Source: an uncultured Veillonella sp. (GTDB lineage: Bacteria > Bacillota > Negativicutes > Veillonellales > Veillonellaceae). Taken from it: 64,000 nt of DNA. The position numbers and the translations under genes were made by a program. Under the pieces are notes generated by a model, which saw nothing but the letters and a program-made list of their open reading frames with translations, was not told the origin of the DNA and did not search any database. This document shows, piece after piece, positions 62,218 through 64,000 of this stretch; within the stretch, counting starts at the first letter, position 1; the number at the start of each line of letters is the position of its first letter. The stretch spans positions 2,490-66,489 of the forward strand of contig NZ_URAR01000003.1 of the NCBI RefSeq assembly GCF_900545795.1, given 5' to 3'.

Positions 62218-62817
62218 TTAACCTTGTACATACGGACCAAATAAACCAGCGAATAAATAAGACCCTTTTTTACCAAGCGTAGCTGCTAAGAACGAAGCGA
62301 CGGCCCCTAGTGCAGCCATAATAAGGGCATTGCCTGCATCGACTCCATAGGCATAGGCCATATAACACTGGGCTACTGTAACGGCAAAGTAAACAATACT
62401 CAAGTATATTTTTAACTTTAATACTGGTGCCGTAACCGTTTTATAACGTAATTTACCACCTACATAACCAGAGATAGCACCTACTAAGCAAAGTAAAGGC
62501 ATAACAAAGGCTACCATCATAGTGAAGTCAAATAGACGATAAGACAAGTTATAAGGAACAAATAATGCCAATAGAGGTAAACCGAAAGTAAGTGCGGAGC
62601 CCACGATTGGGAAGTGCACAGCAATTGGATGTAAGTGTAAATCCAATAATTTTTTACGTGTAGGATTTAAGCGACGAGGTGTGTATTCAGCCCACACTGT
62701 CTTAGGAAAGCTGCAAGCTGGGCAAGGTTGATCAGCTTTATCTGCAGTTTCAATATACCCACAAACACGGCAAATAATATACTGAATCGTTTTCTCTTTC
62801 TGCTCTTTAGTTTCCAC
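62218..62817 (-). CDS. DUF2231 membrane protein with N-terminal rubredoxin-like zinc ribbon
   Basis: 199 aa. CRVCGY...CPAC zinc ribbon, then HPIAVHFPIV and transmembrane helices typical of DUF2231. Confidence 0.55.
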   Translation of the reverse strand: METKEQKEKTIQYIICRVCGYIETADKADQPCPACSFPKTVWAEYTPRRLNPTRKKLLDLHLHPIAVHFPIVGSALTFGLPLLALFVPYNLSYRLFDFTMMVAFVMPLLCLVGAISGYVGGKLRYKTVTAPVLKLKIYLSIVYFAVTVAQCYMAYAYGVDAGNALIMAALGAVASFLAATLGKKGSYLFAGLFGPYVQG

Positions 62818-62971
62818 AATAAATCTCCTTTATATTAACAACCTAATTATACAATTATTTTATCATATGTAATAGCCATTAGGCTATAAGAAAAATCAGA
62901 ATTAAACCATTATAAAATCGAAGTTTACCCTCTTAAATAAATCATAATTAATAAAATTTATAAAATATTTT

Positions 62972-63889
62972 TTACTTATCATCGAAATATTTAAAAGTTT
63001 CTTTTAAGCCTTCTAATAATTCTATACTTGGCTTATACGAAAGGTCTCGCGCTACCTTTTTTATACTGAGCAAAGAATGCTTTATGTCACCTATTCGAGC
63101 AGGCTCATGTTGCACAGTAATAGGATGCCCTACAACCTGTTCAAAAGCAACAATTAATTCATTAAGGCTAGTGCTCGTCTCCGTGCTTACATTGTATACA
63201 CCTGTTATGTCAGGATGTTCCAAGGCTAGCATATTAGCGGCTACTACATCAGCTACATAAACAAAGTCACGAGTTTGATCACCATCGCCAAAAACGACGA
63301 GCTCTTGCCCCTGTTGAAGCTGTTCACAGAAAATGCTAATAACGCCACCTTCACCGCCATGGCCTTGACGCGGACCATATACATTAGCATAGCGGAAACA
63401 AATGTAAGGAAGACCAAAATTCTCTTCATAGAGACGTAAATAACTTTCTGTAGTTAATTTTGTCAATCCATAAAAAGACGCTGGATGACCTGTCATAGTT
63501 TCATCTAAAGGCAGACTTGTTAAATCGCCATATACGGCAGCGGATGAAGGCATAATAATCTTCTCCACCTTAGCCGCAACACAAGCATTTAACACATTGA
63601 TAAGCCCCATGAGATTCACATCACAGTCCAAAGCTGGGTCAGCCATGGATATAGGTACCATGGTTTGGGCTGCTTCATGAAATACATATTGAGGTTTAAA
63701 CTCTTTAAATAAAGACTCCAATTCAGCACTGCGAATATCCATCTCTACAAACTGAGCCTTACTATTCACATTATCGCGACTCCCTGTGGAGAGATTATCA
63801 ATCACTAAGACCTCATGTTGATCCGCTAGTAAGCGGTCTACCAAGTGCGAACCAATGAAGCCAGCTCCGCCAGTTACAATAATATTCAT
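62972..63889 (-). CDS. NAD-dependent epimerase/dehydratase (GalE-family sugar-nucleotide 4-epimerase)
   Basis: Start trimmed to ATG 63889 (MNIIVTGGAGFIGSH, GGAGGTG RBS). Short-chain dehydrogenase YxxxK pattern (YGLTK). Confidence 0.8.
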   Translation of the reverse strand: MNIIVTGGAGFIGSHLVDRLLADQHEVLVIDNLSTGSRDNVNSKAQFVEMDIRSAELESLFKEFKPQYVFHEAAQTMVPISMADPALDCDVNLMGLINVLNACVAAKVEKIIMPSSAAVYGDLTSLPLDETMTGHPASFYGLTKLTTESYLRLYEENFGLPYICFRYANVYGPRQGHGGEGGVISIFCEQLQQGQELVVFGDGDQTRDFVYVADVVAANMLALEHPDITGVYNVSTETSTSLNELIVAFEQVVGHPITVQHEPARIGDIKHSLLSIKKVARDLSYKPSIELLEGLKETFKYFDDK

Positions 63890-64000
63890 CCAGTCACCTC
63901 CTCTACTTGCCCAATTTAGCCAATGAAATAACAAATACATCTGAATTTTAGTTAGCAATACATTTACACTGCCGGTTTATTTGACCCTTTTACAGCTATG

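Overview
The window reads as a chromosomal core region from a low-GC diderm Firmicute (Negativicutes; Veillonella-like, by inference from gene content and codon usage). Genes are densely packed and almost all on the minus strand. In coordinate order it holds: a nitroreductase fragment; a small secreted protein; a SIMPL-domain protein; ubiE/menG; sstT; a CDF transporter; a dihydrolipoyl-dehydrogenase-like oxidoreductase; yebC; a SPOUT methyltransferase; the complete glycolytic operon cggR-gap-pgk-tpiA-gpmI-eno; an M20 amidohydrolase divergent from a YjiH/YjiG nucleoside-recognition membrane pair; a PepSY protein; the Firmicutes-type block upp-glyA-rpiB-ywlE-sua5-prmC-prfA-DUF1385-rpmE; a YdbC/PC4-like protein; a 525-aa uncharacterized protein; nth; a DUF896 protein; an aminotransferase; an outer-membrane beta-barrel protein; a mosaic dcw cell-wall/division cluster (mraZ-rsmH-ftsL-murE-murF-mraY-murD-murG-murC-ddl-ftsQ-DUF881-sbp-ftsZ); a ThrE-family exporter; trxA; a CoA-binding protein; gluQ; an ABC-F ATPase; an orphan secretin with a PilP/GspC-like partner; galE; pgi; an HBD-RNase H1; ybaK; a YejK-like nucleoid protein; a DUF2231 protein; and an NAD-dependent epimerase. 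No rRNA, tRNA, CRISPR or mobile elements were seen. Second-look items: the orphan secretin pair; an 18-bp coding tandem repeat that gives Sua5/TsaC an N-terminal (xxxDNQ)n tail; an in-frame internal duplication in sstT; a dcw cluster without ftsI, ftsW, ftsA or murB; putative MraZ and CggR operators; and a recurring set of helically phased AT-rich tandem-repeat arrays in the regions upstream of minus-strand genes.
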